This document shows positions 36,915-46,498 of a stretch of 64,000 bases of DNA, one piece after another. The stretch covers positions 149,309 to 213,308 of the forward strand of contig JALHOZ010000001.1 of the NCBI GenBank assembly GCA_022842725.1. The letters are read 5' to 3'. Origin of the DNA: Saprospiraceae bacterium. Lineage in GTDB: Bacteria > Bacteroidota > Bacteroidia > Chitinophagales > Saprospiraceae. The translations under genes were made by a program, and so were the position numbers. The first letter of the stretch is position 1, and each line of letters begins with the position of its first letter. The notes under the pieces are model-generated. The model was not told the origin of the DNA. It did no database searches and saw only the letters and a list, made by a program, of their open reading frames with translations.

Positions 36915-38397
36915 AAGTTTTTGAAGATTTGAAAAAGGAAATGAAATACAATCCGATAAACGTCAGAAAACCATTAAGTGCTATAATGAGATTGCCAAAC
37001 TGAAATCCGCCGAATAAAATATCCGCATTATCATTCAATACGTATGATATTATCGGAGCCACCAAACAAACAACAACCGTCAATACACCCGGTAGCTGTT
37101 TTTTACTCAATATAGCAAACGCAAATAATCCCAACAAAGGACCATAGGTGTATCCAGCCGCTTTAAACAAATTGTTGATAATAGCAGTATCATTCATTTC
37201 CCTGAAGATGATGATTACAACAACAAGTAGGAGCGAAAACCCGATATGAACACCGATTCTGGTAGCTTTTTTTTGTTCTTCAGAAAGGTTTTTTTTCTCA
37301 AAATTCAGAAAATCCACACAAAAAGAAGTTGTCAGCGCTGTGAGCGCTGAGTCAGCAGAACTATAGGCTGCGGCGATCAGACCGATGATAAAAAGCACTG
37401 CAAAACTTTGAGGCATGTATTCCAATGCTATCTTTGGGTAAAATACATCCGTATTGCCGGGAATGTCGATAGACAGAGCATCACTATAAAGATATAAAGC
37501 TGCTCCCATTGTCAAAAACAAGAGATTTGTAAAGATTAACACGATACTGAAAACCACCATATTTTTTTGAGCGTCTTTCAGGTTTCGGCAGGTCAGATTT
37601 TTCTGCATCATATCCTGATCCAAACCGGTCATGACGAGTGTAATCAAGGCTCCGGAAATAAATTGTTTCAAAAAATTATTGGGATCATCCCATCCGGAAT
37701 CAAAATGCCAGATATTACTATAGGAGCTTTCATACACATTTTGAAATAATCCGGACAATGAAACATTCATTTCACCTGCAATAAAATAAATAGTTAGTGC
37801 AACCGCAAGTAACATTGCCGCTGTTTGAAAGGTATCTGTTATGACGATGGTTTTGATCCCACCTTTGTACGTATAAAGCCAAATCAATAAAATGGTAACA
37901 AAAGTGGTCACAAAAAACGGAATGTTCATTTTTGAAAAAACAAACGTGTCCAAAACCAAAGCTACCAGATAAAGCCGGAAGGCAGATCCTACTACTCGGG
38001 AAAGGATGAAATATGCGGCTCCGGTTTTGTACGCATGGCTGCCAAATCGTTTTTCTAAAAAACCATAAATGGTCGTAAGATTGTGTTTGTAGTATATCGG
38101 TAATAAAATATAAGCGATTGCAAGATAACCCAAAAGATAACCGAATACCATCTGCATGTAAGAGAATGCCTGATTTAAACCAATACCTCCGACAGCACCG
38201 GGAACAGAAATAAAAGTTACACCTGATAAACTGGCTCCGATCATTCCAAAGGAAACCAGATACCACGGGCTGTTTCGGTTGGCTGTAAAAAAAGTCTGTG
38301 TATCCGCATTTTTTCTGGTGAATAATGAAATGATGATCAACAGGAGAAAATACCCCAGAATAATGGATAAAATGATAGAAGGACTTAGTGTCGTCAT
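36907..38397 (-). CDS. Sodium:solute symporter (SSS) family transporter
   Basis: 496 aa with about 13 TM helices and an SSS-like N-terminus (FFTANRNSPWYLVSFGMIGASLSGVTFISVPG). It overlaps murQ by 8 nt. Confidence 0.8.
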   Translation of the reverse strand: MTTLSPSIILSIILGYFLLLIIISLFTRKNADTQTFFTANRNSPWYLVSFGMIGASLSGVTFISVPGAVGGIGLNQAFSYMQMVFGYLLGYLAIAYILLPIYYKHNLTTIYGFLEKRFGSHAYKTGAAYFILSRVVGSAFRLYLVALVLDTFVFSKMNIPFFVTTFVTILLIWLYTYKGGIKTIVITDTFQTAAMLLAVALTIYFIAGEMNVSLSGLFQNVYESSYSNIWHFDSGWDDPNNFLKQFISGALITLVMTGLDQDMMQKNLTCRNLKDAQKNMVVFSIVLIFTNLLFLTMGAALYLYSDALSIDIPGNTDVFYPKIALEYMPQSFAVLFIIGLIAAAYSSADSALTALTTSFCVDFLNFEKKNLSEEQKKATRIGVHIGFSLLLVVVIIIFREMNDTAIINNLFKAAGYTYGPLLGLFAFAILSKKQLPGVLTVVVCLVAPIISYVLNDNADILFGGFQFGNLIIALNGFLTFIGLYFISFFKSSKTYV

Positions 38398-38569
38398 GGG
38401 TTGTAGAGGTGAAATTCAGATGCAAACATACTATAAAATTCTGAACAAGTTTGATTTCAGTTTGGATGACTCCATTTCTCAAAACAAAAATCGTCAGAAT
38501 AATTATTTCATCCGGAGTCTGTCAAACCTGAAAATTGTTGTAATTTTGAGGCTCAATGTATAATGACGT

Positions 38570-39181
38570 ATGTTTACTATCAATATTTATGTAAAATTTG
38601 CTTTGATTGCCCTTTTTCTGGGTGGGGGTATTATCTTGTCTCTGATTTATGGATTTGGGTATTCCTGGATTCTGATTATTATAGGATTGATATTATTACT
38701 CAGCTATGTGTTATTGGGTACGATTCAGTCTGCTTCAGAAATGTTGCAAAAAATGGATTTTGACGGAGCCGAAAAAAGATTAGATCTTACCTTAAAACCG
38801 GGATGGCTTTATGTGACCAACCGGGCTTTTTATTATATTCTTAAAGGTTCTTTAGCTGCAAACCGAAAAGATAACAATGATGCGGAGGCCTATTTTCAAA
38901 AAGCATTGACCTTAAAGCTGCCTACTGACAACGAAAAAGCAATGATTTTGCTTCAGATGGCAGGTATTCAGGCTAATAAAAACAATTGGACGGGAGCCAA
39001 AAATTATTTTTATCAGTGCAAAAACCTGAAAGTGACAGAACCTACCTTAAAAGATCAGATAAAACAATTTGAAGTAGCCATCAACAATCGGGGACAAGCA
39101 AAACTTGCACAAAGTATGGGAATGAAAGCCGGCCAATCAGGAATGATGGGAGGTAAAAGACGCAGGCCAAAAATGAGATAA
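38570..39181 (+). CDS. Hypothetical membrane protein with TPR-like soluble region and basic tail
   Basis: 203 aa with two N-terminal TM helices, helical-repeat-like segments (AEAYFQKALTLK ... NWTGAKNYFYQCKNLK) and a GGKRRRPKMR C-terminus. Confidence 0.5.
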   Translation: MFTINIYVKFALIALFLGGGIILSLIYGFGYSWILIIIGLILLLSYVLLGTIQSASEMLQKMDFDGAEKRLDLTLKPGWLYVTNRAFYYILKGSLAANRKDNNDAEAYFQKALTLKLPTDNEKAMILLQMAGIQANKNNWTGAKNYFYQCKNLKVTEPTLKDQIKQFEVAINNRGQAKLAQSMGMKAGQSGMMGGKRRRPKMR

Positions 39182-39313
39182 TTTTTGTAATTATTAGTTG
39201 ATTATCATTAATTAACGTATAAAATTAAAGTCTACATAATATTTGTAAGCCAATTTTGATTTTGCCGGCAGCAATAAATTAAACAGATCTAATGAAAAAA
39301 AAATGGCAAATAG

Positions 39314-39345
39314 TTTGCAGGATAGTTGGAAAGGATATATTTTTG
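39314..39345 (+). promoter_or_regulatory. Candidate Bacteroidota-type promoter for tRNA-Asn
   Basis: TTTG (39314..39317) and TATTTTTG (39338..39345, which fits TAnnTTTG) are spaced 20 nt apart. They lie about 65 nt upstream of the tRNA. Confidence 0.3.
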
Positions 39346-39410
39346 CACCGCCTTTCAAAGTAAGGGCTTTTTTTTGCACTAATTAGCAAACTCAAACTCA
39401 ATCTCATAAT

Positions 39411-39484
39411 GCCTCCTTAGCTCAGTCGGTTAGAGCGACGGACTGTTAATCCGCAGGTCCCAGGTTCAAGTCCTGGAGGGGGCG
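39411..39484 (+). tRNA. tRNA-Asn (anticodon GTT)
   Basis: I folded the cloverleaf by hand. Acceptor stem GCCTCCT/AGGGGGC, D arm GCTC-AGTCGGTTA-GAGC, anticodon loop CTGTTAA (GTT at 39445..39447), T arm CCAGG-TTCAAGT-CCTGG, discriminator G. No CCA is encoded. Confidence 0.95.
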
Positions 39485-39485
39485 C

Positions 39486-39519
39486 AAAAAACCCGATCAT
39501 CTTTTGGTCGGGTTTTTTT
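39486..39519 (+). terminator. Rho-independent terminator after tRNA-Asn
   Basis: ACCCGATC (39491..39498) pairs with GGTCGGGT (39506..39513), with one G-U pair. A T7 run follows. Confidence 0.8.
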
Positions 39520-39577
39520 GTTTATATACTTTTGTTATTCATTATTTTTCGAATCAAAAAGTACATTCTAATTTTTT

Positions 39578-40138
39578 ATGGCATATACGGAATCAAACAT
39601 GATGGACCTGGGCTCAAAAGCGCCTGATTTTACTTTATGGGACAGCATTTCTCACAATATACTTTCGCTTAATGATTTAAGAGGTGAAAATGGCACCTGT
39701 ATCATGTTTATTTGTAATCATTGTCCGTATGTCATTCATGTCAATGAAGAACTGGTACGTATCGCTAATGAATACAAAGATAAAGGTATCGGATTTGTCG
39801 CCATTAATCCCAACGATGTCGAAAATTATCCTGAAGACGCGCCGGACAAAATGAGTATTGTCGCCAAGGTGCTACGCTATCCGTTTCCTTATCTGTTTGA
39901 CGAAAGTCAGGAAGTTGCCAAAGCATATGATGCCGCCTGTACTCCGGATATTTACGTTTTTGATGACACAATGGCATTGTATTACCGTGGGAGATTGGAT
40001 GATTCCAGACCTAAAAACACCAATCCGCTTACAGGCAAAGATTTGCGGGACGCACTTGATTTGTTGATTGGTAAATATCCTGCACCTGCGATTCAATACC
40101 CGAGCGGAGGATGTAATATCAAATGGAAAAAAGTATAA
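39578..40138 (+). CDS. Thioredoxin-fold (AhpC/TSA-redoxin-like) thiol-disulfide oxidoreductase
   Basis: 186 aa. A CxxC motif lies in FICNHCPYV, and the following IGFVAINPND segment is typical of this thioredoxin-family group. Confidence 0.75.
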   Translation: MAYTESNMMDLGSKAPDFTLWDSISHNILSLNDLRGENGTCIMFICNHCPYVIHVNEELVRIANEYKDKGIGFVAINPNDVENYPEDAPDKMSIVAKVLRYPFPYLFDESQEVAKAYDAACTPDIYVFDDTMALYYRGRLDDSRPKNTNPLTGKDLRDALDLLIGKYPAPAIQYPSGGCNIKWKKV

Positions 40139-40181
40139 TAAAAAGCTAATGCGATGTATCTTTGTGGATTAAACGGGAAAA

Positions 40182-40430
40182 GTGGAAAACAAACCGACAG
40201 CATTATCACTAAAAAAAGGGCAAACCGCCACTATAGACTTTATCAAAAGTAATGAATTCAGCAGTCGACTGCTCAGTTTAGGTATTGTGCCCGGTAAAAA
40301 ATGTAAAATCGTTGGTTTGGCACCTTTTGGAGGTGCTAAAATTTTGTCTTTGGAAAAACATTTGATAGCGCTGCGTGATGAGGAGTTATCATCTGTTTAT
40401 GTTACTGTTGAAAACCAGCCTGCCCTATGA
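40182..40430 (+). CDS. feoA: FeoA family protein
   Basis: 82 aa with a GTG start and an SH3-like FeoA pattern (LSLKKGQTATIDFIK ... RLLSLGIVPGKKCKIV). There is a 4-nt overlap with feoB. Confidence 0.8.
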   Translation: MENKPTALSLKKGQTATIDFIKSNEFSSRLLSLGIVPGKKCKIVGLAPFGGAKILSLEKHLIALRDEELSSVYVTVENQPAL

Positions 40431-42526
40431 AAAATATAGCATTGGTAGGCAATCCCAATTCCGGGAAATCAACTCTTTTTAATCTGCTGACAGGATTAAG
40501 ACAAAAAGTTTCGAATTTCCCTGGTGTTACAGTAGAAAAGAAGACCGGAAATATCACCCTGACAAATGGAGAGAAAGTGAATCTTATAGATTTACCTGGT
40601 ACATACAGTCTGTTTCCAAATTCAGGGGAAGAAAAAATTGTCGTAAATATTCTTACCAATCCTTCGGATGAGTGGTATCCGGATTTAATTGTTTATGTTG
40701 CTGATGTCACCCAATTGGAGAGGCATTTATTACTTGCACTTCAAATTCAGCAGCTCGGATTTCCAATGATTTTTGTGGCTAATATGTCAGATTTGGCAGG
40801 AAAAGACACTAATATCAACCTTCTCCGTGAATTTTTGCACGTTCCGGTTTTGCTTTCGTCTACGACTTCAAAAAAAGATTTGGAAAGTATTAAGGCAAAG
40901 ATTTCAGAATTTTTTTCAGATAATGAAACTCAAAAAGAATATATATTTGAACGGGCATTTCCTTTAACGGAGGAAGAAAAATCCACCTTTTCTAAAGTAT
41001 CAGATAATTTCAGTCAAAAATCCATTTATCAGGCTAAACTACTTTTTCATCATTATCATTGGATAAAAGCCGGAGAAAGTCGAAGGTCAGAAATAGACAT
41101 TTTGGTTAAAAATGGTTCTTTTAGAAATATGGACAGCCAGGTCAAAGAAATCATGTATTTATATGACCAACTTTTACCTGTCGTTAAAAAACTGAATCTA
41201 AACCATGGACAAACCCCTGAAATGTCAGGAATAGATACTGTTTTAACCCACAAATGGGTGGGACCTTTTATCTTTTTTGGTATCATGTTGTTTGTTTTTC
41301 AATCCATTTATACATGGGCTACTTATCCGATGGACTGGATTGAATTGGGTTTTTCTTCTCTTTCCGAATGGTTTTCCGGGTGGCTTCCGGAACATTTTCT
41401 GAGCAGTCTTTTTGTTAATGGTATTTTGGCAGGGCTGGGTGGAGTATTGGTTTTTGTGCCGCAGATAGCCATATTGTTTCTTTTGATAACCTTATTGGAA
41501 GAGTCCGGATATATGAGCAGGGCAGTATACATGTTTGACAATATCATGCAAAAATTTGGCATGAATGGTCGAAGTATCGTTTCATTGATATCGTCCGGTG
41601 CCTGTGCTATACCGGCCATTATGGCTACGCGCACCATTCAGAATCCGAAAGAACGGCTGATTACCATTATGGTCAGTCCTTTGATCAGTTGTTCTGCGAG
41701 ACTACCTGTATATGCGATCCTTGTTGGTTTTGTTGTTCCTGATATCAGGGTTTGGGGCTTTTTAAACGCACCGGGACTGGTATTTATGGGTTTGTATGTT
41801 TTGGGAATTATGGCTGCATTAGGTAGTGCGTTTGTTTTTGCCAAAATTTTAAAAAGTGGTGAGTCTTCTTTTTTAATGCTTGAACTGCCATCGTATAAAA
41901 AACCAAACTGGAATAATGTTTGGCTTACAACTAAAGATAAAGTTATGTCTTTCATCCGCGAGGCCGGAAAAATCATTCTGATTATATCCGTAATTCTTTG
42001 GGTTATGTCCAGTTACGGACCGACACAAAAGATGGTGGATGCCAAAAATGAAGCTATCAGTCTGGCGAAAACTCAAAACCTTAATGAAGAAGAAGCGGAA
42101 ACTTTGATCAGCCAGAAACAACTTGAAAATTCGTGGGCTGGTATGGTTGGTAAATTTATCGAACCGGCTATCGAGCCTTTGGGTTATGACTGGAAGATAG
42201 GAATAGCTTTGATCACCAGTTTTGCAGCCAGAGAAGTATTTGTGGGAACGATGGCTACCATATATAGTATAGCTCAGGATGATGAAGGAACAACCTTGCG
42301 GGAAAAGATGAAAAATGAAAAAAAGCAAGACGGAATCAGACCTATGTATGATGTAGCAACAGCCTTGTCGTTACTGGTTTTTTATGTTTTTGCCTTACAA
42401 TGTATGAGCACTTTGGCAGTAACCAAAAAAGAGACCGGATCGTGGAAGTGGCCGGTTATACAATTTAGTTTTATGGGAATACTTGCATATGTCGGAGCGT
42501 GGGCTGTTTATCAGATTTTTAGTTGA
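40427..42526 (+). CDS. feoB: Ferrous iron transporter FeoB
   Basis: N-terminal G domain (GNPNSGKSTLFN, DLPGTYS, NMSD) followed by a polytopic permease with gate motifs. Confidence 0.95.
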   Translation: MKNIALVGNPNSGKSTLFNLLTGLRQKVSNFPGVTVEKKTGNITLTNGEKVNLIDLPGTYSLFPNSGEEKIVVNILTNPSDEWYPDLIVYVADVTQLERHLLLALQIQQLGFPMIFVANMSDLAGKDTNINLLREFLHVPVLLSSTTSKKDLESIKAKISEFFSDNETQKEYIFERAFPLTEEEKSTFSKVSDNFSQKSIYQAKLLFHHYHWIKAGESRRSEIDILVKNGSFRNMDSQVKEIMYLYDQLLPVVKKLNLNHGQTPEMSGIDTVLTHKWVGPFIFFGIMLFVFQSIYTWATYPMDWIELGFSSLSEWFSGWLPEHFLSSLFVNGILAGLGGVLVFVPQIAILFLLITLLEESGYMSRAVYMFDNIMQKFGMNGRSIVSLISSGACAIPAIMATRTIQNPKERLITIMVSPLISCSARLPVYAILVGFVVPDIRVWGFLNAPGLVFMGLYVLGIMAALGSAFVFAKILKSGESSFLMLELPSYKKPNWNNVWLTTKDKVMSFIREAGKIILIISVILWVMSSYGPTQKMVDAKNEAISLAKTQNLNEEEAETLISQKQLENSWAGMVGKFIEPAIEPLGYDWKIGIALITSFAAREVFVGTMATIYSIAQDDEGTTLREKMKNEKKQDGIRPMYDVATALSLLVFYVFALQCMSTLAVTKKETGSWKWPVIQFSFMGILAYVGAWAVYQIFS

Positions 42527-42658
42527 AGTTTTTAGTGGATTCTAACCGGATTGAAACATTAGATTAAAAAGACAGCATCTTATTTAGGGCATTGGTGGAT
42601 TCATCGGAATACTTTTTTGACTATTAATATTTTTTATAATGCTATGATAGCCAATAAT

Positions 42659-43035
42659 TTAACAGCTTTTACGCATTCGTTCAAATTCATGTTTGTTACC
42701 ATATTTTAATAAAAAAGAAGAAGACCTATTCAATAAAGTATTTGAATCAAATACCCGGTAACAGAAGGTAAGTTTTCCAAAATCGATGACGTTGAATTTA
42801 TCTTGTTGCTGCATGACTAAATGGGCTATTAGGCCTTTTTGCTTCAGCTACAATACCGGATCATATTTTTTAATAGTGTTAATATGTTTGTAATGAGGTA
42901 TCTCAGGGCTTGTTATTATTCTAAAAATTTTCGGGTTTTTGGTCCCATCGGAATATTTTTTACTTTTTATATCCTTGTAAATCAAAATGTTATTTTTTGA
43001 ATATAAAAAAAAAATTTTACAAGGCAGCGTTTCAT
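42659..43035 (-). pseudogene. Possible degraded ORF of unknown family (one frameshift at an A10 tract plus one in-frame TAG)
   Basis: From my hand translation of the minus strand, ATG at 43035 gives MKRCLVKFFF. It continues in another frame after the homopolymer at 43005..43014 as YSKNNILIYKDIKSKKYSDGTKNPKIFRIITSPEIPHYKHINTIKKYDPVL, then a TAG at 42848..42850, then LKQKGLIAHLVMQQQDKFNVIDFGKLTF...RMRKSC, ending at 42659. Confidence 0.3.
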
Positions 43036-43137
43036 GTTAAATTTCTGTTAAGATAATTGCCTTTGTTATGTATAATTATTAACATTTGCTGACAAGGACA
43101 AATATTACATAATCATTTAATAACTAAAAAATCAAGT

Positions 43138-46100
43138 ATGAAACATGTCGTATTTTCGATTTTAGCCGTATTTTTTTCGGTTAGTATGGCATTTGGCCAG
43201 TCAAAGGTCACAGGAAAAGTGACCGATTCAGCCGGTGAGGCATTGATTGGAGCCAGTGTTGTTGTCAAAGAATCCCCAACGGTAGGTACCATTACCGACA
43301 TTGACGGGATGTATGAAATGACGGTTCCTTCCGGGGGTAAAACTCTGGTTTTTTCCTACACTGGATATGAAACCAAAGAGATGACCATCGGTGGTTCATC
43401 AGTTTTGAACATTACCTTAACTGAAGGAAAACTACTGGATGAAGTAGTTGTGACAGCTTTGGGCGTAAGCAGATCAGAAAAATCTGTTGGATACTCAGTT
43501 CAAAAGGTTTCTTCAGCTGATATTCAAAAAACCGGAGCTATCAACCCGATAGATGCATTAGCAGGACAGGTTGCAGGACTTCAGGTTACATCTTCCGGAG
43601 GAACAGCTGGTGCTGCTACAAGGATGGTTTTGAGAGGAACCACAAACTTAAACGGAAACAATGAGGCATTATTAGTTGTGGACGGAGTAAGGGTAAACAA
43701 CTCTGAGCTTCATTCTGAAAGAAGTCTTGGTGGGGTTGCTAATTCCAACAGAGGTATGGATATTAATCCTTCAGATGTTGAATCCATTACAGTATTGAAA
43801 GGTGCTGCAGCATCTGCTTTATATGGTGTGGATGCAGCGAATGGTGTAATTTTGATAACAACCAAAAAGGGATCCAAAAGAGATGGAATATCTGTAGATT
43901 ATACTGCAGACGTGTCATTTTCACAAGCAAATAGATTTCCAAAGTTACAGCAAAAATTTGCACAGGGACATCTTGGAAATTATGTTGCACCAAATGGTTC
44001 GCCTGCATTAAGAAGTTGGGGACCAAGTCTGGATACTTTATTTTGGGATGGTAATGCAAATTATGCTTTTGATAAAAATGGAGCTATCATAGGACAATCC
44101 AGAGCGACATCAGGCATGAAAAAGGTAACTCCTTATGACAATTATGCCAAAATATTCAGAACCGGTGTATCCCAAAACCATAATTTATCTGTTTCCGGAG
44201 GTACAGATTTATTAAGCTTCAGAGTTGGTGCAGGTATTTCAAATAACAACGGTATTGTACAGAATAACGAGTTTAACAGAATCAATTTATCTGTTGGAAC
44301 TACAAGCTCCTTTTTAAATAAAAGGTTGACAATCAGTACTTATGCAAATTATATTAAGTCTGGTGGAGTCAGAATCCAACAAGGTTCAAATACATCAGGA
44401 TTAATGCTTGGATTGACCCGAACACCTATTACATATGACAATTCCAACGGATTGGCTGAGCCATGGAACGCTGACGATCCTTCGGCTTATCAATTAGCAA
44501 ACGGAAATCAAAGAAATTATGCCAATGGTATTGGTTTTGACAATCCTTTTTGGGTGGTTAATAACTCTCCATTTGAAGATAACGTAAACCGGTTAATGGG
44601 TAATGTAGGCGTCAACTATAAGTTTCATGAATGGTTTAATTTAGGAACAACCATAGGTACGGATATTTATAGTGATAACCGATCACAATCTTTTGAAATT
44701 GGTTCAAGAACTGTTCCAACTGGTAGAGTTATTGAAGATAATTATAATTTCAGTAATATCGATGCAGTTTTCCAAATATCAGGTTCCGGGGATGTTACGT
44801 CAAAATTGAATTTGAATTATTTGATTGGTTCTAACATCTTCAATGAAAATTTAAAACAAAATTATTTACAGGGAGATGTATTAGCGTTTAGAAATTACAG
44901 AAATATCAGAAATGCATCTACTATTACCGGATTCACATCCATAAATAATTCTAATAGAGTCGGATTTTTCGGATCATTAGAAATGGGTTATGACAGATGG
45001 ATTTATCTGACATTAACCGGAAGACAAGATTACCTTAGTAATCTGATCGTTCCGGGTAAAGAATTTAAATCTTCGGACATCAGTATATTTTATCCATCCG
45101 CTTCTCTTGGATTTGTATTCACTGAAAAGATGAAAACTAAATTTTTGGATTATGGTAAGTTAAGACTTTCTTTTGCACAAGTAGGTGGAGGCTCACCAGG
45201 TGCTTATCTCACCAGTACAAACTTTGTCAACCCTTCTTTAAATCAAGGAACAGTAAATGATTTTAGTGATGGATGGACAAATGGAATAGGATTTCCTTTC
45301 CTTGGACAAACAGGTTTTACTCTTGACGGCGTAAGAGGAGCATTTGATTTAAGACCATCACTAACAACAGAATATGAAGCTGGTTTGGACTTACGATTTT
45401 TTGACAATAGAGTTCACCTTGACGTAACAGGATATACAAGAGAATCAACAGACCAGATTTTGGTTGTTCCCGTAGCTGGTTCTTCCGGATATCAACGTGC
45501 AGTTCTTAATTCAGGAGCATTGAGCACGACAGGTTTTGATGTTATGTTTGGATATGATCTTATCAGAAAGACAGATATGTCCCTTAGACTTAATGCCAAC
45601 TTTGGTACCTGGAGGACATATGTTGAAGAATTAGCAGAAGGTGTTGCCAATCAATATATAGATGGTTTTACCGGAAGTTCGGTATACAATATTGCACCTG
45701 AAAAAGATGCAAACGGAAATGTAATTAAAAAATATGAATATGGTCAGATTTTCGGAGGTGCCTGGTTGCGCACAAACGCTGTAGTAGACGGAAATCATGT
45801 TTATGATGCAACAAAACCTTATGATCCTAACGGAAAACTTATCATAAATAATGATCCTACTTCAGGTGGATATGGTTATCCGATTGCTGACCCTACCAAC
45901 AGAGTAATAGGCAATCCAAATCCTGATTTTATTATGGGGTTTGGTGCTGATTTTAGTGTAAAAAAATTGAGTTTTACTTCTCAGTTTGAATGGAGACAAG
46001 GTGGTCAAATGTGGAACGGTACAAAAGGAGCGTTGGTTAATTACGGTATGGCAGAATCAACTGAAGAAAGAGGATCAAATATTGTTTTTCCGGGAGTAGG

Positions 46101-46470
46101 AGGTGCTTTAATTGATGGTCAATACGTTGTATCTTCACAGGAAAACAATATTAATGCCGTTCTTTCTCAGGCTTGGTATCAAGGAAACGGTGGAGGTTTC
46201 GGTGCTGTTTCTGAACACTTTATTGAAGATGCCAGCAGTTTAAGAATCAGAACATTAGGGTTGAGCTATAATTTTGGTAGCCTTATGGGTAAATCAGTAA
46301 GAGATTTAACTTTAGGCGTTTCAGCACATAATGTATTATTATGGTCTCCGTATGATGGTATAGATCCTAACAGCAGTTTGGTTGGTTCTTCATCAAACGG
46401 ACAGGGACTCGAATATTTCAACAACCCTGGTGCACAGAGTTTAATGATTCGGTTAGCTGCATCATTTTAA
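43138..46470 (+). CDS. SusC/RagA family TonB-linked outer-membrane protein
   Basis: 1110 aa with a signal peptide, a CarboxypepD_reg domain (VTGKVTDSAGEALIGASVVVK), a TonB-box/plug region (DEVVVTALGVSRSEKSVGYSV) and a C-terminal aromatic residue (AASF). Confidence 0.95.
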   Translation: MKHVVFSILAVFFSVSMAFGQSKVTGKVTDSAGEALIGASVVVKESPTVGTITDIDGMYEMTVPSGGKTLVFSYTGYETKEMTIGGSSVLNITLTEGKLLDEVVVTALGVSRSEKSVGYSVQKVSSADIQKTGAINPIDALAGQVAGLQVTSSGGTAGAATRMVLRGTTNLNGNNEALLVVDGVRVNNSELHSERSLGGVANSNRGMDINPSDVESITVLKGAAASALYGVDAANGVILITTKKGSKRDGISVDYTADVSFSQANRFPKLQQKFAQGHLGNYVAPNGSPALRSWGPSLDTLFWDGNANYAFDKNGAIIGQSRATSGMKKVTPYDNYAKIFRTGVSQNHNLSVSGGTDLLSFRVGAGISNNNGIVQNNEFNRINLSVGTTSSFLNKRLTISTYANYIKSGGVRIQQGSNTSGLMLGLTRTPITYDNSNGLAEPWNADDPSAYQLANGNQRNYANGIGFDNPFWVVNNSPFEDNVNRLMGNVGVNYKFHEWFNLGTTIGTDIYSDNRSQSFEIGSRTVPTGRVIEDNYNFSNIDAVFQISGSGDVTSKLNLNYLIGSNIFNENLKQNYLQGDVLAFRNYRNIRNASTITGFTSINNSNRVGFFGSLEMGYDRWIYLTLTGRQDYLSNLIVPGKEFKSSDISIFYPSASLGFVFTEKMKTKFLDYGKLRLSFAQVGGGSPGAYLTSTNFVNPSLNQGTVNDFSDGWTNGIGFPFLGQTGFTLDGVRGAFDLRPSLTTEYEAGLDLRFFDNRVHLDVTGYTRESTDQILVVPVAGSSGYQRAVLNSGALSTTGFDVMFGYDLIRKTDMSLRLNANFGTWRTYVEELAEGVANQYIDGFTGSSVYNIAPEKDANGNVIKKYEYGQIFGGAWLRTNAVVDGNHVYDATKPYDPNGKLIINNDPTSGGYGYPIADPTNRVIGNPNPDFIMGFGADFSVKKLSFTSQFEWRQGGQMWNGTKGALVNYGMAESTEERGSNIVFPGVGGALIDGQYVVSSQENNINAVLSQAWYQGNGGGFGAVSEHFIEDASSLRIRTLGLSYNFGSLMGKSVRDLTLGVSAHNVLLWSPYDGIDPNSSLVGSSSNGQGLEYFNNPGAQSLMIRLAASF

Positions 46471-46498
46471 TTTTAGTTCATTAATAAAAGAATATAAA

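Noticed and set aside
37772-38482. 236-aa ORF on the minus strand overlapping the SSS transporter gene in another frame
   Set aside because: The translation is Cys/His/Phe/Arg-rich nonsense (…FYFCSRCCRRYWF…), typical of an off-frame read of a membrane-protein gene. The transporter frame has clear family features.
39411-39484. tRNA-Asn as an integration site for a genomic island
   Set aside because: No integrase is nearby, and on reading I saw no direct repeat of the tRNA 3' end. The flanking genes (a thioredoxin-like gene, feoAB and a membrane protein) look like ordinary chromosomal content.
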